Source: the human T2T-CHM13v2.0 reference genome, Homo sapiens. Taken from it: a DNA stretch of 64,000 bases. The notes under the pieces are model-generated. The model saw only the letters and a program-made list of their open reading frames with translations. It was not told where the DNA came from and did not search any database. Where the stretch lies: NCBI RefSeq assembly GCF_009914755.1, contig NC_060932.1; one strand, written 5' to 3'. How positions within the stretch are numbered: the stretch's first letter is position 1; each line of letters starts with the position of its first letter. The translations under genes and the position numbers were made by a program. This document shows positions 44,261 to 59,105 of this stretch, piece after piece.

Positions 44261-44889
44261 TGTTGCAGTTTTGCCAAGGCCCCTTAATGTAGCAGTTTCT
44301 TGTTGTTTGAACTAGGACCCTGGGTTCTTTATCTTAGGTCCAAGAAAATTAAGGAATGCAAACACAAAGGTGGGGTTGGAGCAAAAGTTTAGTAAGTGAA
44401 AAAAGAAAGCTCTCCGCAGCAGAAAGGGGAGTCTACTTGGATTGCTGGGTTACAGCTGAATTCAAAAGCTTTTTATAAGAAACTGCTCCCTCCCTGTAAC
44501 TGTTCAAGTAACTTTTTTATTAGTAAAGCTGTCTGTGTAACTCCCCTTCTCTTATCCAGCTGTGGGTATGTCTCTAGCCAAGCACAAAGTGCTGTTTCTC
44601 TTGTTTGTATAACTGTGGGTTTGTTTTAGGTAAGCCCCCACCTCCCTGTGCAAGTTCCCACCATGTATATGCCTGAAAAGAGGAGGAAACTTTTTCCTGG
44701 GAGATCACTAATTATACAAGGAATAAAGAGCTTCCGTGCTGGACACTGTTTGCTTATGTGGGTGCAGGTGCAGCCTGAGGTTTTTTTTTTCCAGGTTGTT
44801 TTATTTTTGCCTGTTGATGTGACTTTTCAGGCAGGCCACTTCTGCAGTCTGAATTTTTCCCAGATAATTTTTCCTTTCTTTCTCCTTCA
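44261..44889 (-). mobile_element. ERV1 (MER4-group) solo LTR, subfamily uncertain
   Basis: TG...CA termini, TSD TTTT, antisense poly-A/TATA motifs (aagtttagtaag, gctttttataag). Confidence 0.78.
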
Positions 44890-45069
44890 TTTTCATGGTC
44901 AAGTAAAATTTATGCCATGTTATGCCTACATCTAGAAAAACAGGTAGATAGATAAATCACTTAGCAGATATATGGATATATATATATATATATAATATAT
45001 ATTTAAATATATATATCAATAAGGAGATAAAAGGTTAACTAGATAGAGAAGTTAGGTAGGTGTGTGGAT

Positions 45070-45290
45070 AATTTTTTACAAATATAGGTGGTACAAGTAC
45101 AATTTTATTACATGGATAGCCTGCATAATGGTGAAATCTTGGCTTTTAGTGAAGCCATCACCCAATTAGTGTACATTGTATCCCTGTTAATTAACTTTTC
45201 ATTCCTCAATGCCTACCTTCCAACCCTCTGAGTCTCCAGTGTCTATTATTCTACTCTCTATATCCATGTGTACACATTATTTAGCTCCAG
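45070..45290 (-). mobile_element. L1PB-like 3' end
   Basis: ggtacaagtacaattttattacatggat...ggcttttagtgaagccatcacccaa...tacacattatttagctcc. Confidence 0.8.
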
Positions 45291-46074
45291 AAAAGAAATT
45301 TTATTATATAAAATATGCCTGTACTCAGATACAGAAATTGATAAGCAGATAGAGAAAATGAAGTTAGATAATTTTCCTAATAATAAATATTTTTAAAATC
45401 CACATAAGGATTATAGGAGTGAAGACATCAGTCCTTGCATATCACTTTACCCATTACTGTTTATTTCAGGTATTCTTATTTAACAGCCTTTAATTGGGGA
45501 AAACTAGGAAACATATTTAACCAACTAAAACTTCAGGCTAGATTTGGGCAGGAAGTTAATAATTATACAAATTAGAAAGAGGTCAAAATGATGAAGTTAA
45601 TGTCTATCCCAATTGAAGAAAAAGTTATTCAACTACCAGGAGACTAGAAAATATTTAAGCAGCTAATTAGCAGTCTTACAATGTCTTTAATGCTGAATAC
45701 TCTTTAGCTAAATGAATTCTTACTGAGAAACTCTGAGCAAAAAGTAACTATTAAGAGTACATGATTTCTGCCTTCATCAAATGCGTACTCTTAAAGAATA
45801 GAATGTATGTCACGTGTATTTCACAACAGAAAATGTAATCAAGGATTAAAATAAACACAAAGCAAATTTACAAACGCACACAAATGTAAACATTTAATTG
45901 TGGCTGAGGGACATAACTAATGTGAAGGCTATCATAAGAATACTCAAAGACCTTGACAATTAATCTCTATGACTTTAGGCAAGTTACTTATTCTTTGTAA
46001 GTCTTAATTTCCTCATTTTAAAAATGGGCTTAATAATGCCATTCATCTCATGGCATTTTAGGGAGATTTAAAAA

Positions 46075-46400
46075 AGACAATCAGATGATTTTTAAGGCAG
46101 TGAAAATTCTGTATGATACTATAGATGGCAGACACATGTCATTACAAATTTTTCCAAACCCATAGAATGTAAGACAACCAGAGTGAACTCTAATGTAAAC
46201 TATGGATTTGTATAACAGTATACCAATGAGGGTTCATCAGTTGTAACAAATGTCTCACTGTGATGGAGGATGTTGACAATATTGAGGAAGCTATATATGT
46301 ATCAAGAAAGAGGGTATATGTGGAATCTCTATATCTGCTGCTTAATTTGGCTGTGAACCTAAAACCACTCTAAAAAATAAAATTGTTTAAAAATGAAAAC
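46075..46400 (+). mobile_element. L1MC-like 3' end inserted in a MIR (~45950-46075)
   Basis: gatttttaaggcagtgaaaattctgtatgatacta...gtgaactctaatgtaaactatgga...ctgtgaacctaaaaccactctaaaaaataaa. Confidence 0.8.
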
Positions 46401-46583
46401 AAATTTTTTAAAAAGATAATCTGTGTTAAGCATTTAAATTTTAAGTTAATATTGTCATGCTTTGTATGGTTATAAATTAGACCACTTTATTAAAACTGCA
46501 TACAATATTTAGACAGAAGAAAGGCAAGGTCTTGATTAGTCAGTTTGGGAAAGTGAGAGGAAATAATCCCTGTTTTAAGTGTC

Positions 46584-46800
46584 CCAGCCTGGACAACATC
46601 AGGAGACCCTCATCTCTCCAAAAAAATTTAAAAAAATCATCTGGGCATGATGATACATACCTGTGGGCCCCAGCTATTTGGGAGGCTGAAGTGGGAAGAT
46701 TGCTTGAGCCCAGCAGGTTGACGCTACAGTGAGCTGTATTTGAGCCACTGCACTCCAGCCTGAAGAGTAGAGCAAGACTCTGTCTAAAAGAAAAAAAAAG
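46584..46800 (+). mobile_element. 5'-truncated AluJ
   Basis: ccagcctggacaacat...gattgcttgagcccag...gcaagactctgtct(A)n. Confidence 0.88.
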
Positions 46801-46925
46801 ACAGTGTCATTGGAAATATAGTGAAAATAATGGACATAGGCATTTCAGAATTGGAATAAAATTCTTCATTATTTTGTATATCTCTATGCTTGGTTTGTGG
46901 AGAAGTGGAAATGTAGAAGTTGCAA

Positions 46926-47218
46926 GGCTAGATGTGGTGGCTCATGCCTGTAATCCTAGTGCTTTGGGAGGTCAAGGTGGGAGAACACTTGAGTCCAGGA
47001 GTTCAAGCCCAGCCTGAGCAACACAGTGAGACTTCATCTGTACAAAAAAAATACAAATTAGCTGGACATGGTGGGGTGTGCTTTTAGTCTTGGGTACTTG
47101 GGAGGCGAGTTTGGGAGATTGCTTGAGCCTAGAAGTTAGAGGCTGTGGTGAGCTGTGATTATGCCACTGTGGTCCAGCCTACCTGAGTGACAAAGCGAGA
47201 TCCTGTCTTTAAAAAAAA
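46926..47218 (+). mobile_element. AluJ SINE
   Basis: ggctagatgtggtggctcatgcctgtaatcc...cttgagtccaggagttcaag...(A)n. TSD approximately AGAAGTT. Confidence 0.9.
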
Positions 47219-48121
47219 GAAGTTATTCAGGAAAATAATCCCTAAAAGAAACTGATGGGTAAAACCTTGGAGTAGAGAAAAAAAATACATGCATGAAAGA
47301 GTAAATGATTTAATCACGAAAGTTTGATTGAATTAAGACAATAAAAATATTTTGATGGCAGAAATGAATGGCCATTTTAATGGTACTGGTGGATGAGTAA
47401 AATAAGGAAGGTGGGTGAAAGAACTGAAGAGATGAAGAGCATTGAATTTGATGTGGACTAGAAAACACTGTAGATAATATGCTAGAAAAGTTGTCAATGA
47501 ATTTTCCATATTGGAGGAAATTTATGGAAAATAAAGAAAAATTGTATAAGCAACAAGAATAAAAAGGTTTTATAAAATCCCACAGAGAACAAGGGCACAT
47601 TATTCTTCTGTACATAAAGTTTGTCAAAATTGCTATAGTTTTTTTTAAATGATGTAATCATATATGATTGAAGAAAGGGTGAAATTAAAATTTCTCTGCG
47701 TAAAAGTATTTATGTGTTCATTTTTTTTATCTCCTCTATAGATAGAATGTCAAAAATATATAAATGAGTGAAAGAAAAGCCATGTCATTTTACTAACAGC
47801 TGGACAAATGACTCTAATGAAACAGAAGAAGAATGTTACATGGGGTAGAATTTACAGGACTCTTTGGCTCTGGGCCTGGAATCTTAACAGTGAAACTCAA
47901 ACAATTTCATTCTGTTCAATAAAAGCAATTAAATGTCCTACATAAAGTGGACAAATAGAACCAGAAAACCTTTATAAAACTAAGGCATAGAGTAAATATC
48001 TCACTTTTATTAAACTGAGGGATAATAAAAGGCTGACATTGACCTGTGTCTAGAAGCTGTGAATTAAGAAGACAAGAGACAGTAGACACATTGCTCTAAC
48101 TGAAACCTGAGCCAGGCTTCC

Positions 48122-48844
48122 TGCTAAAGTAAGCAGATAGCTAGGCGTGAACAAGAAAGGGAAATCCAGAGGAAGGAAGCCCTGGAAACCTTGCCCCACT
48201 AGTAATTACTGCTCCACTAGCAAAAACAAAAACAAAAACAAACAAACAAAAATAGCCACATGTGGACTTGCAGTTAGGCCTATCTCGCTCTGAGACTTAT
48301 CTGGCCCCTGAAGGAAATAACTTCAGTAGGAAACTTCCCTAGTAGTAAGCATGAATGCTTTGACTTTGCTTGCCTGATAGGTAACCTTTTGCTTATTAAA
48401 ATAAAAAACACAGACCCCTGGATGGAGATTAATGAGATATTCAGTCTCAGGGACATATTAATGAGACATGCAACATTTGTACTAGCATGTACAGCCACAG
48501 TGAATGCATGCCCAGGAGACCACCTCAAAATGCATACTATTAATAGTAATACCTCTTCACACCCCTTTATGAATATTCATGTAAGACTTCCATAAAGGGG
48601 GCTCCCCAGTGCCAGTCAACTCTGTTTCATTCTGTAGCAGCTTTCTCTCATCCAGCTTTCAGAGCATACTTCCACTTTCACTGTCAGGTCTGTCTCAATC
48701 ACGAGTAGCTGCTCTGACTTTGCTTTCGGGGTGTCTTTCACTTTAGATAAACTTCGCTATGGCCTAACTCTCTTTGTGTGTCTCTTGGCTGAATTCTTTC
48801 CTCCAAAAAAGCAAGAAACAAGGACTCTCCACTTCCTGGTTACA
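48122..48844 (+). mobile_element. ERV1 solo LTR (MER66-like)
   Basis: tgctaaagtaagcagatagctagg ... ctctccacttcctggttaca. TSD TTCC on both sides. Confidence 0.78.
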
Positions 48845-50130
48845 TTCCCACTGGCATTTGGTCATTCTTCATTTCTCTCTCTCTTTTTCTTTCTCTATTC
48901 TTTTCCTAAATTTGATATAGTAACAAGGTACAGAAACTCTCAACTACCATTATAATACCTATTTGAGTACTGTGTTTTACAGAAGGATAGATAGAATCCA
49001 GAAGAGATCCTTCATTTTTAAATTTAACAGAAACTGAAATAGGTAAAGAGGCACAAAAAAAAAAAAAAAAAGGTGTGGGGCAAGAATGAGAAATGTGTCT
49101 GTGAAAGAGAGAGAAAACAGTATGAAAGTAGTGTTCATGGGAGCCAACTTCCATTTGACAGCGTGAGAAGCTCTGTTGACCAACTTCCCAGTGAAACTGA
49201 TATAAATTCCAGAAAAACAATGACTGAGAGCCCCTGGAAAACATTCTAAAGGTAAACAGCAAACAAGGAAACATCTATTCAAGAAATTCTGTGAAAATGT
49301 GTTAAGAAAGAAGGCAGTTTGTGGGATTTGAACAAAGAATAATTGTTTTTTCATTACCTCCCAGAGACTCCACTCCAGACTGCTATAGCCAAGAACACTG
49401 GATCCCCATCTTTTCACCTATCATTTGGAGGGCTATCTTCCCAAGAAGAACAGGACATCAGTATTTTTCACTATACTCTCAGCTACCTATTGCCAAGGTT
49501 AAGTCCTGGGCGAATACAACTGAGAAATGGAGCTCTATTTTCCTGCCTACCCCTCACTGAAGCAATGAAGGGTTTATCTTGGGCATGGTACCACAAAGAA
49601 TACTGGGGCCCTGATTACCCTTGCCCCATGGGGTTCATGAGGCAGTGCTTCCCTGCTGTGGGAGGCAAGCTGAAAGTCTTCCCACCTACCACTGAGCAAT
49701 TAGCTCCTTCAGTGGGAGTGTCACCCAACCAGAAATTTGTTTTTATTCTAACCTCAAGCTCCATAGCCTTAGGGAGATGTGGGGAAGTAGGCCATGCAGC
49801 AGATAGCTCCTAATCTCTTTCCAAAGGAATATCTTTTGCAATAGAGCTTGGTGAAGTTGAAGCCTAAGTAGAGGTTGTGGTGATGAAATGTATTTGGGAG
49901 AGCCTATTTCTTAAGATATAGGCTAAACTCTAGGCTAGCTAGTATGAATGAGAGTCCCTGGTAATAAGACAATTAGGGGAAGCCTTCCTGAGGTCAGAAA
50001 AAATGTCAAATACTGACCACAGAAAACATTCCATTAAGAATACCACAATTTGTTTGGGTTCCTTTGTAGAACTATTTATGCCCTGAAGCATTTTTCAGAC
50101 ATTTTACCAATCGCCTGGCAATTAGTGGGG

Positions 50131-50537
50131 TGATAAGGTTTGGCTCTGTGTCCACAACCAAATCTCATGTTAAATTGTAATCTTCAGTGTTGAGAGAGGG
50201 ACCAGGTGGGAGGTGATTAGGTCGTGGGGGTGTTCTCATGATAGTGTGTCATTTCTCACAAGAGCTGTTCTCATGAGTGTGTCAGTTCTCACAAGATCTG
50301 GTTGATTGAAAGTGTATGGCACTTCTGCCTTCACTCTGCCTCTCTCTCCTGCTGCCATGTGAAGGTGTGCTCACTTCCCATTCTTCCTCCTTCTGCCATG
50401 ATTGTAAGTTTTTTGAGATCTCTACAGCCATGGCTTCTGTACAGCCTGTGGAACTGCAAGTCAACTAAACATCTTTTCTTTATAAATTACCCAATATCAG
50501 GTAGTTGTTTATGGCACTGTGAGAACAAAGTAACACA
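50131..50537 (+). mobile_element. MSTA/MSTB MaLR solo LTR
   Basis: tgataaggtttggctctgtgtcc...ttctttataaattacccaa...taacaca. 5-bp TSD TGGGG. Confidence 0.92.
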
Positions 50538-50870
50538 TGGGGTTAAATACCAGGTTTAGATAGGCCAGGAAAAGAGAGGAAGAGAGCCCTACTGAAATAG
50601 CTATCCTCTCAGGATGACTGAGCATACCCAAAACTGTGACTCCTTGAGGAGCAACATCAGAGGATTGACACCCTGGAAGGGGGAAAAAAACATGAAAATA
50701 CTGCAGTGAACCAATAAGATAGTAAATAATAAAATAACACTGATGAGATGTAGAGAAATGGGAGACCACTAACCAGAGTTGCTAAACTATACAATCTAAA
50801 TGTTCACTTTCCAAGAAAAAATTATGTGGCATGCAAAGAAACAGGAAAATATAACAGGCAACAAAAACTA

Positions 50871-51167
<297 letters not shown>

Positions 51168-51618
51168 TTATAAACAGATTCACAGAACTAAAACAAAAGA
51201 CTAAAGACATAAATAAAAATATGATGACAATATAATAACAGAGATATCAATAAAGTGATAGAAATTATAAAAAAAGAAATAAATAAAAATATGGTAACGT
51301 AATATCAGAGAGAGAATATCACAAGGTGATAAAATTGTAATACAAGAAAATTGTGGATTTGAAAAATATAATAATATATATATAATAACTAAAAACAAAA
51401 CAAAAAATAACCACTAGGTGGCTCACAAGTAGATTTGACCTGACAGAAGAAGAAAGAGTAAACAAACTAGAAGATAGATTGATAGCATGCAAGCCAAAGA
51501 ACAGAGAGATAAAAGAGTGAAGATAAATGAAGAGAGTCTCATGAAAATTTGGGACACCACAAAGCATACAGACATACTTTTAATTATGAAAAAAAGAGAA
51601 GAGAGAGAGATGGAGCAA

Positions 51619-52373
51619 TATCCCCTCTCAGGGGCCGGTGAGACCCCCTAAGCATGGAAATAAATGAAAATCTTGAATTTCTTTAAGGAAAATTCCAGAT
51701 ACCTAGCTATCCTGGAAAACTAAGTGAGCAACTTGATAAGCAAGAAGGTTAAATCAACAGTCACCCAAATAAGCTAAAACCACAAGATGTTTGGTTACCT
51801 ACAGAAACTAAAGATAACATATTGATTTAGTTCCCTGAATTGTTTTTCAGAACTCTGGACCCTGCCACTGAATGGATCCACTGGCGTGTAGATCTCAGAA
51901 AAAGGGGAACTGAGGGCTGAAATCTCGCTGCCATTCTTTGTTCTGTATTCCTTTCTGACGGGCCTGGAAGAAGTCTTGACTATGGGCTAGACATTCCATT
52001 CTGCTGACCCCAAGTTTGTATACAAAGCTTTGCTTCCTTAATCAGTTATAAACCAGAGAATCTTTAAATTCATCTATGACTCATAAGCCCCCTGATTTAA
52101 GATATGACACATTTTTAGGCCAAACCAATGTATAACCTTCCTGTATTGATTTACAATTTTGCTTGTAACTTCTGCTTTCCTGAAATGTACCCTGCCTTTA
52201 AAAATCCTTGCTTGTAAGCCATCTGGGAGGCTGAGTATTTAGCCTATGCTGCCTGCTTCTTCTTGCTTGGTGCCCTGTAAATAAACACTTTTCTTTCTCC
52301 CACTATAAAACCTCAGTATGGATGTTTGGCTTTACTGCATGAGGCAAGCAGACTCCAGTGCATTTTGGTAGCA
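51619..52373 (+). mobile_element. ERV1 (MER4-group, MER39-like) solo LTR
   Basis: gcatggaaataaatgaaaatcttgaatt...ggaaaattccagatacctagcta ... gcctttaaaaatcc...aataaac...ggtagca. Confidence 0.72.
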
Positions 52374-53199
52374 AGAGAAAGAAGAGAAAAATGTTTGAAT
52401 AAAATCACAGCTAAAATCATGCCCAAATTTATTACAAAATATTGTACATATCCAGGAAGCTCAACAAACTCCAAAGAGAATAAGCTCAAAGAGATTCACA
52501 AAAATGAAAGGCAAATATATTTCCCAGATAAACACAAACTGAAAATCTGTTACAAGCTAATTTGCCTTACAAAAATACTATGGAAAGTTCTTCAGACTGA
52601 AAACAATCGGAACCAGACAGGATATGATTCAAATCTGTAAATAATTACAAAAGACAGCATGATTGCATGTTTATTCACCTCTGCTTCTTTGACTAATTTG
52701 AAAAGCAATCGCATAAAGTAATGTGTGTAAAGTTGAATAGTCTTACAAAGTATTGACAGAATAATGCCCCCTCAACCAAGATGTTCACATCTTGATCCCT
52801 GGAACATTTGAATACATGCTACTTTATACTCAGAGTGTATCATAAGAAAAATGGCATAAAGATATTATCCTAAATCAGTGGAAAAATTATGAATTAGTCT
52901 ATGGGTGGCATTCATATAATTGGCTATACATATGCACAATTATATTAGAGTTTTACTCCATCAACAAAAATACATATAAGTAATTTCTAAAGTTCTTCAT
53001 GTATTTCTAACCTATAACTCCTTTATTTACATTTCTCCCTACTCTCGCAGATTTCTAAGAGGCTAGATACCTATCCAAAATTAATCACAGAGAAGACAAA
53101 ATTTGATAGTAAACCAAATTTTTGAGACCCTTAGCTACTTCCTCACTTATATTTACTCATTATCCAGGTAGAGAAAAGCAGCTGAAATGGGGGAATGTT

Positions 53200-53750
53200 G
53201 TCTAAAATATTTTGGGAACGTATTTGGTTAATGCCATCATTTAGATAATTTCCTATGATGGAAAAACTTGTACACGACTTTGATTTTGTATTCCTATCAG
53301 ACTTGGGGTTCATGCAATAAACAGGCTGTAATTCAAAATTAAGGGGTATGGTGGATCACAGAAGTATGCCAAAAATTATGCACAATCTGGATAAATGGGT
53401 TCAATCTAACTAGATGTAATTTATCATGGACACATGTTACATTCTGCTCTTAAGGATTAATAATTTACATGCAGAAAAGCCATATGAGAAGATTATAAAA
53501 TATAAAGCTTTTTAGTTGAACTTATAATTGTATGTGAGTCAATGATAGGATCCAAGTGATTAAAAAGTTAATACAATCCTAAATTGCATTAAAAGGCGGT
53601 GTATAGTCCAGAGGGAGTGAATCTTTAGGTTTATTCTACTGTTCTCTGTAAAGGGCATTCCTAAGTACAATGGCTGGAGAATTACCTTTATTCTTATGAG
53701 GCAAATTTTTAAGGAAAAATAATATTTGAGTAAGCAGCATGTTTAGAGAT
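53200..53750 (+). mobile_element. L3/CR1 LINE fragment
   Basis: aatctggataaatgggttcaatctaactagatgtaatttatcatggacacatgttacattctg resembles the CR1/L3 RT 3' region. Confidence 0.6.
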
Positions 53751-53829
53751 GAAAGTCATTGACTCAAAATATTTACCACCATGTTCCAAGTATAATGCTA
53801 GGCAATGTACCATGGAAGGAAGGAATTAA

Positions 53830-54210
53830 AGGAAGTAAGTGTTGTATATTTTGTTATTAGTCTCAATTATATTTTTGCCTCTCCTTGTAAAAAGATTATA
53901 TTTTCTTTTCCATTTTCTTCATGATTGGTCACTTGGCTCTGGAAGTGACCTACGCAAATGCCAAGTGCCACCTCTGAGTAGAAGCTTTAAAATCCATTAT
54001 GCGATTCCATCATTTTTTTTCCTTTTCTTCAGCGATATTGTCCCTAAGAACCTGCTCTTTCAATGACGAACACCTGTACATCAGAGCCATTGCCACCCTG
54101 CAGCCAAGCTAACAGATATCACATGACAGGAATAAATCTTCGTAGTTTCAAAACACGGAGATTTCAGAGCTGTTTATTATGGCAACATATCTAGTAAAAG
54201 TTCACTAAGG
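53830..54210 (+). mobile_element. Old MLT1 LTR
   Basis: aataaatcttcgtagtttcaaaacacggagatttcagagctgtttattatggcaacat is an MLT1 3' motif. Confidence 0.6.
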
Positions 54211-54682
54211 TTTTAAGGTTGCTTTACTAGAAAACAGGATATTTAGGGGGATTGTTTTCACCAATTATCTGAATGAGTGTCAAATGCAGAAATTATTAGA
54301 CTTCATTTTAAGGTTTTAGCAAATGTCCTAGGTAAGGGGTAATAGGATAGGTTAATATATGCACCAATAACAAAGAGGCTTAAAATCTCAGTAGCTTAAC
54401 CCAAGCAAAAATTATATATTGCTCATGATATTTGTCTGTGCATGTCTATGAAGGGGCTGCTCCATGTGGTCATTCAGAAACTACTACTGATGAATGTTCC
54501 TTCATCATTCTGTAGATGTATCGTTTACAAAAAGTGACATCTTCGTCCTTAGAACAAGGAAAAAGGAAGTGGAAGGGCATGCATGAGCTCTTCTATGCAT
54601 TGGCCTAAAAGGCCACGTCTTACTTCTTCCCACAGCTTATTAGCCAGAGTAATCACGTGACCAGATCAAACTGATATATATG

Positions 54683-54987
54683 CAGTTGTCCGTTGGTATC
54701 CATAGGGGATTGATTCCAGGCCTCTACTAAAGTCCACAGATGTGCTCAAGTCTCTGATATAAAATGGCATAGTAGCCTACCCACATTTTCCTGTTTAAAT
54801 TATGTTGAGGTGACTTATATCAATACAATGTAAATTCTATATAAATAGTTCTACTGTATTGCTTGGGAAATAATGACAAGGGAAAAATGTCTGTCCATTT
54901 TAAATACAGATGCAATTAAAAAATATTTTCAATCCACTGTTTGTTGAATCCACAGATGTGGATGCCATGGATATGGATGGCCAACTA
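54683..54987. mobile_element. MER2 (Tigger-type) MITE within an old MLT1 fragment (~54330-54680)
   Basis: TIRs cagttgtccgttggtatcc ... ggatatggatggccaact, with TA flanks. Confidence 0.85.
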
Positions 54988-57224
54988 TATATGAACTTTA
55001 TCATAAATATAGATGACATTGAAGTAGAAAAACGTATCTTGTTAATATAAATTCTCATGAAAGAAAATAGTTTATGATCATCAATGAGATATGTAATAGA
55101 AGAAATTTATGGGTACAAATCCCTTTTAGATTTGAGGTTTTATGACCCTAAATTTGAGGATTTCATAAGTTTAAATGCGATCATCACAATATAAGCAAGC
55201 TGAATTGAGTTTTAAGTGAATAGTAAAATAGGTAACAAAAAAGTTTCACAACATATTGTATAATTATAATTATACTTCATCTCACTTTATAGAATTATTA
55301 AGAAGATTTCTCTTACTCTCTAAATTTTTCTTTTATATGCAAACATTTTTCTAGTTTCCTATTGCCACACAGCTTCCATATTACAAACAAAAGCTTTCTA
55401 ATTGTCATATTTTCTAAGAAGATAGTTTTAGAACCAAACAACCTAAAGATGCTTTTGTGATGAAAATCCTGTTTTTTTTTGTGGGGATCTCAAATGCAAT
55501 TAACTGAGAAATTGGCCTTATTATATATAAGTTGAGATTTGTTTATCCAACCAGAAACACTGAAATAACTCGCCAATCTTGACACATAGCCAATCTAGAA
55601 TTAGAAGTCCTCCATGTAATCATTGTGTCTGGCATAAAGACTAAATATTTTGAGGAGGACATATGTTTTTTATAGAGGCTAAGGGATTTAAACTAGCTAA
55701 ATATGTCAGGTGAATATTTAGTGAAGTTGGTACTCTTCTGCTATTAACTGAAGGGCCATTCAGTTATTTATCTGACACCAGAATATATTGATATCCTTAG
55801 GTTGGAGTAGGAAACTATTTATCTGCAAGGTCAGTAAGACTTATTTTAAAATACTTATAATACTCCATTCTTCATGAGTATGCATATCTGTGTAATAAAA
55901 AGAAACATTTTAAACTTTAAATTAAAAAGTTTACATATCAAATTTTAATTAACCTACAATGTTTAAATAGAAATGCTTATAATAAGGGAGTGACAAAGTC
56001 AATGTGACATGATAAATTGTAAAAAATAATTTTGGAAAGTTTATGCTAATTGATGTTTCCCATCATATTGAAGGTGCCACGCCATGTAAAAATTAAAGTC
56101 ATTGCAAAATATTTTTTAAATCTTCTCCTAATATTTAGTGAGAGCTTATTTTGTAAAATCCTAAATAATAAGACTGGATTTAAAGAACCAAATTGAACTG
56201 GAAAGTAAAGTCATTACATGTTGAAATATAAATTATCTGCAATCAAGTTTGCTAAAATTGTCTTATTTAGTGGTCAGTAAAGTACCCTTATTAGAAAGGA
56301 TTCTAAACTCTATGCCTGTAACATTATGATGTTAAGAAACACCTTAAAGATTTAACTACTTCCTCATCTCCCAGAGCTTAAAGATTTGTAATGATGGCAT
56401 TAGTAAGAATGTTTTTTCCATTATGAATCACATGGTTTATCAACAAAGACCCTCACTGATTAATATTTAAAGAGAAAACTGTTTTTATAAAGAAACAGTC
56501 ATACTCTCTGTATTATAGTATTTGTAACATAAATCATTACATGGTTGAGTAGTGTTCTGAGAATCAGTGTTTGACGGTAATTTATGAGCTTTCAACAATA
56601 GGCTTTCTATGGTCAAAAGTAAAAAAATCAATCAATCAATCTGATTTTGGCTAACAGTTAACATTTTATTCTTTAGATATGACAGAAGAGCTTTATTTTT
56701 CATGGCATTTATCTTCAGACATTTAATATCTGAAAATTTCCTGAAGCCATATAGTTAAAGAAAAAATATATAGACATTTATTTATTTGTTCTTACATTTA
56801 TTTATTTATTAAGCATCTAAATTGGCTGGTTGGTATACTAAACCTGAAAGAGAAAGGCAATAACAATGACTAACAAGAGCAAAAAGTCCTGAAAAGGTTT
56901 TAAGCAAAGGAAATGAATCAATAATGCTAAATTCATGACAATTAGTTTTGAAAAATTTTCTTTTTTTACAAAATACCCAAACTTTCAATATATATTTAAG
57001 CTATTTCACACTAATAATTATGATGGCAGACAGTGACAGTTTTATCTTATTGAAATATAAAATAGTGTAAAAGAAAATAAGAGATATCCAAAGAAAGAAT
57101 TTTCTTACTACATCACAATACTGAGAATAATACTAGTTTTATTTTTAGACAATACACAAAAATGTATTGAGTTAAATCTATGTTGAATTTAGATACTGTT
57201 CTAAAATATTTTTTAATGTACTTC

Positions 57225-57983
57225 TGTGTCCAGAATTGGTTCCTTCCAGTGGGTTCTTGGTCTCACTGACTTCAAGAATGAAGCCGCAGACCCTCGCGGT
57301 GAGTGTTACAGTTCTTCAAGATGGTGTGTCTGGAGTTTGTTCCTTCAGATGTTCAGATGTGTCCGGAGTTTCTTTCTTCTGGTGGGTTCATGCTGACTTG
57401 AGGAGTGAAGCCACAGACCTTCACAAGGAGTGTTACAGTTCTTAAAGGTGGCACGTCCGGAGTTGTTCGTTCCTTCTAGTGGGTTTGTGGTCTTGCTGAC
57501 TTCAGGAGTGAAGCCGCAGACTTTGCAGTGAGTGTTTCAGCCCTTAAAGGTGGTGCGCCCAGAGTTGTTTGTTCCTCCTGGTGGGTTCGTGGTCTCGCTG
57601 GCTTCAGGAGTGAAGCTGCAGACCTTCCTGGTGAGTGTTACAGCTCATAAAGGTAGTGCAGACCCAAAGAGTGAGCAGCAGCAAGATTTATTACAAAGCG
57701 CGAAAGAACAAAGCTTCCACAGTGTGGAAGGGGACCCCAGTGGGTTGCCATGCTTGCTTGGGTGGCCAGCTTTTATTCCCTTATTTGGCCCTGCCCACAC
57801 CCTGCTGATTGATCCATTTTACAGCACGCTGATTCGTCCGTTTTTAGAGAGTGCTGATTGGTGCGTTTACAAACCTTTAGCTAGACATAGAGCGCTGATT
57901 GGTGTGTTAACAATCCTTCAGCTAGACAGAAAAGTTCTCCAAGTCCCCACCAGACCCAGAAGCCCAACCAGCTTCACCTCTCA
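57225..57983 (-). mobile_element. LTR12 (ERV9) solo LTR, short variant (LTR12F-like)
   Basis: Reverse complement starts TGAGAGGTGAAGCTGG and ends AATTCTGGACACA. Perfect TSD CTTC. gctgattgg (CCAAT) repeats. U5 repeats ttcaggagtgaagc(c/t)gcagac. Confidence 0.95.
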
Positions 57984-58254
57984 CTTCCAGGAAATATTAT
58001 TATAATAATTAGGTTTCTTATGCTGTTGTAGGAAAAGCATAAAAATCCATAACTAAGGAGTAATGAAAATACCTTTAAAAATTCCTGGAACACTGCTTAG
58101 TTTTTGCAAAATGATTTCTAGTTCAAATATGCATGCATTGTCTGGAAGCATAAGTGACAGGCTTGAGTGAATACATATCCTTCCATGCAAGGTACAAAGC
58201 GGACACGATTTTCAGTGGAAGGGAGTAAAAACAGCTGGATAGTTGGATCATAGA

Positions 58255-59105
<851 letters not shown>

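Noticed and set aside
57236-57650. Regularly spaced repeats ttcaggagtgaagc.gcagac
   Set aside because: These are the known internal U5 repeats of LTR12, not a novel array.
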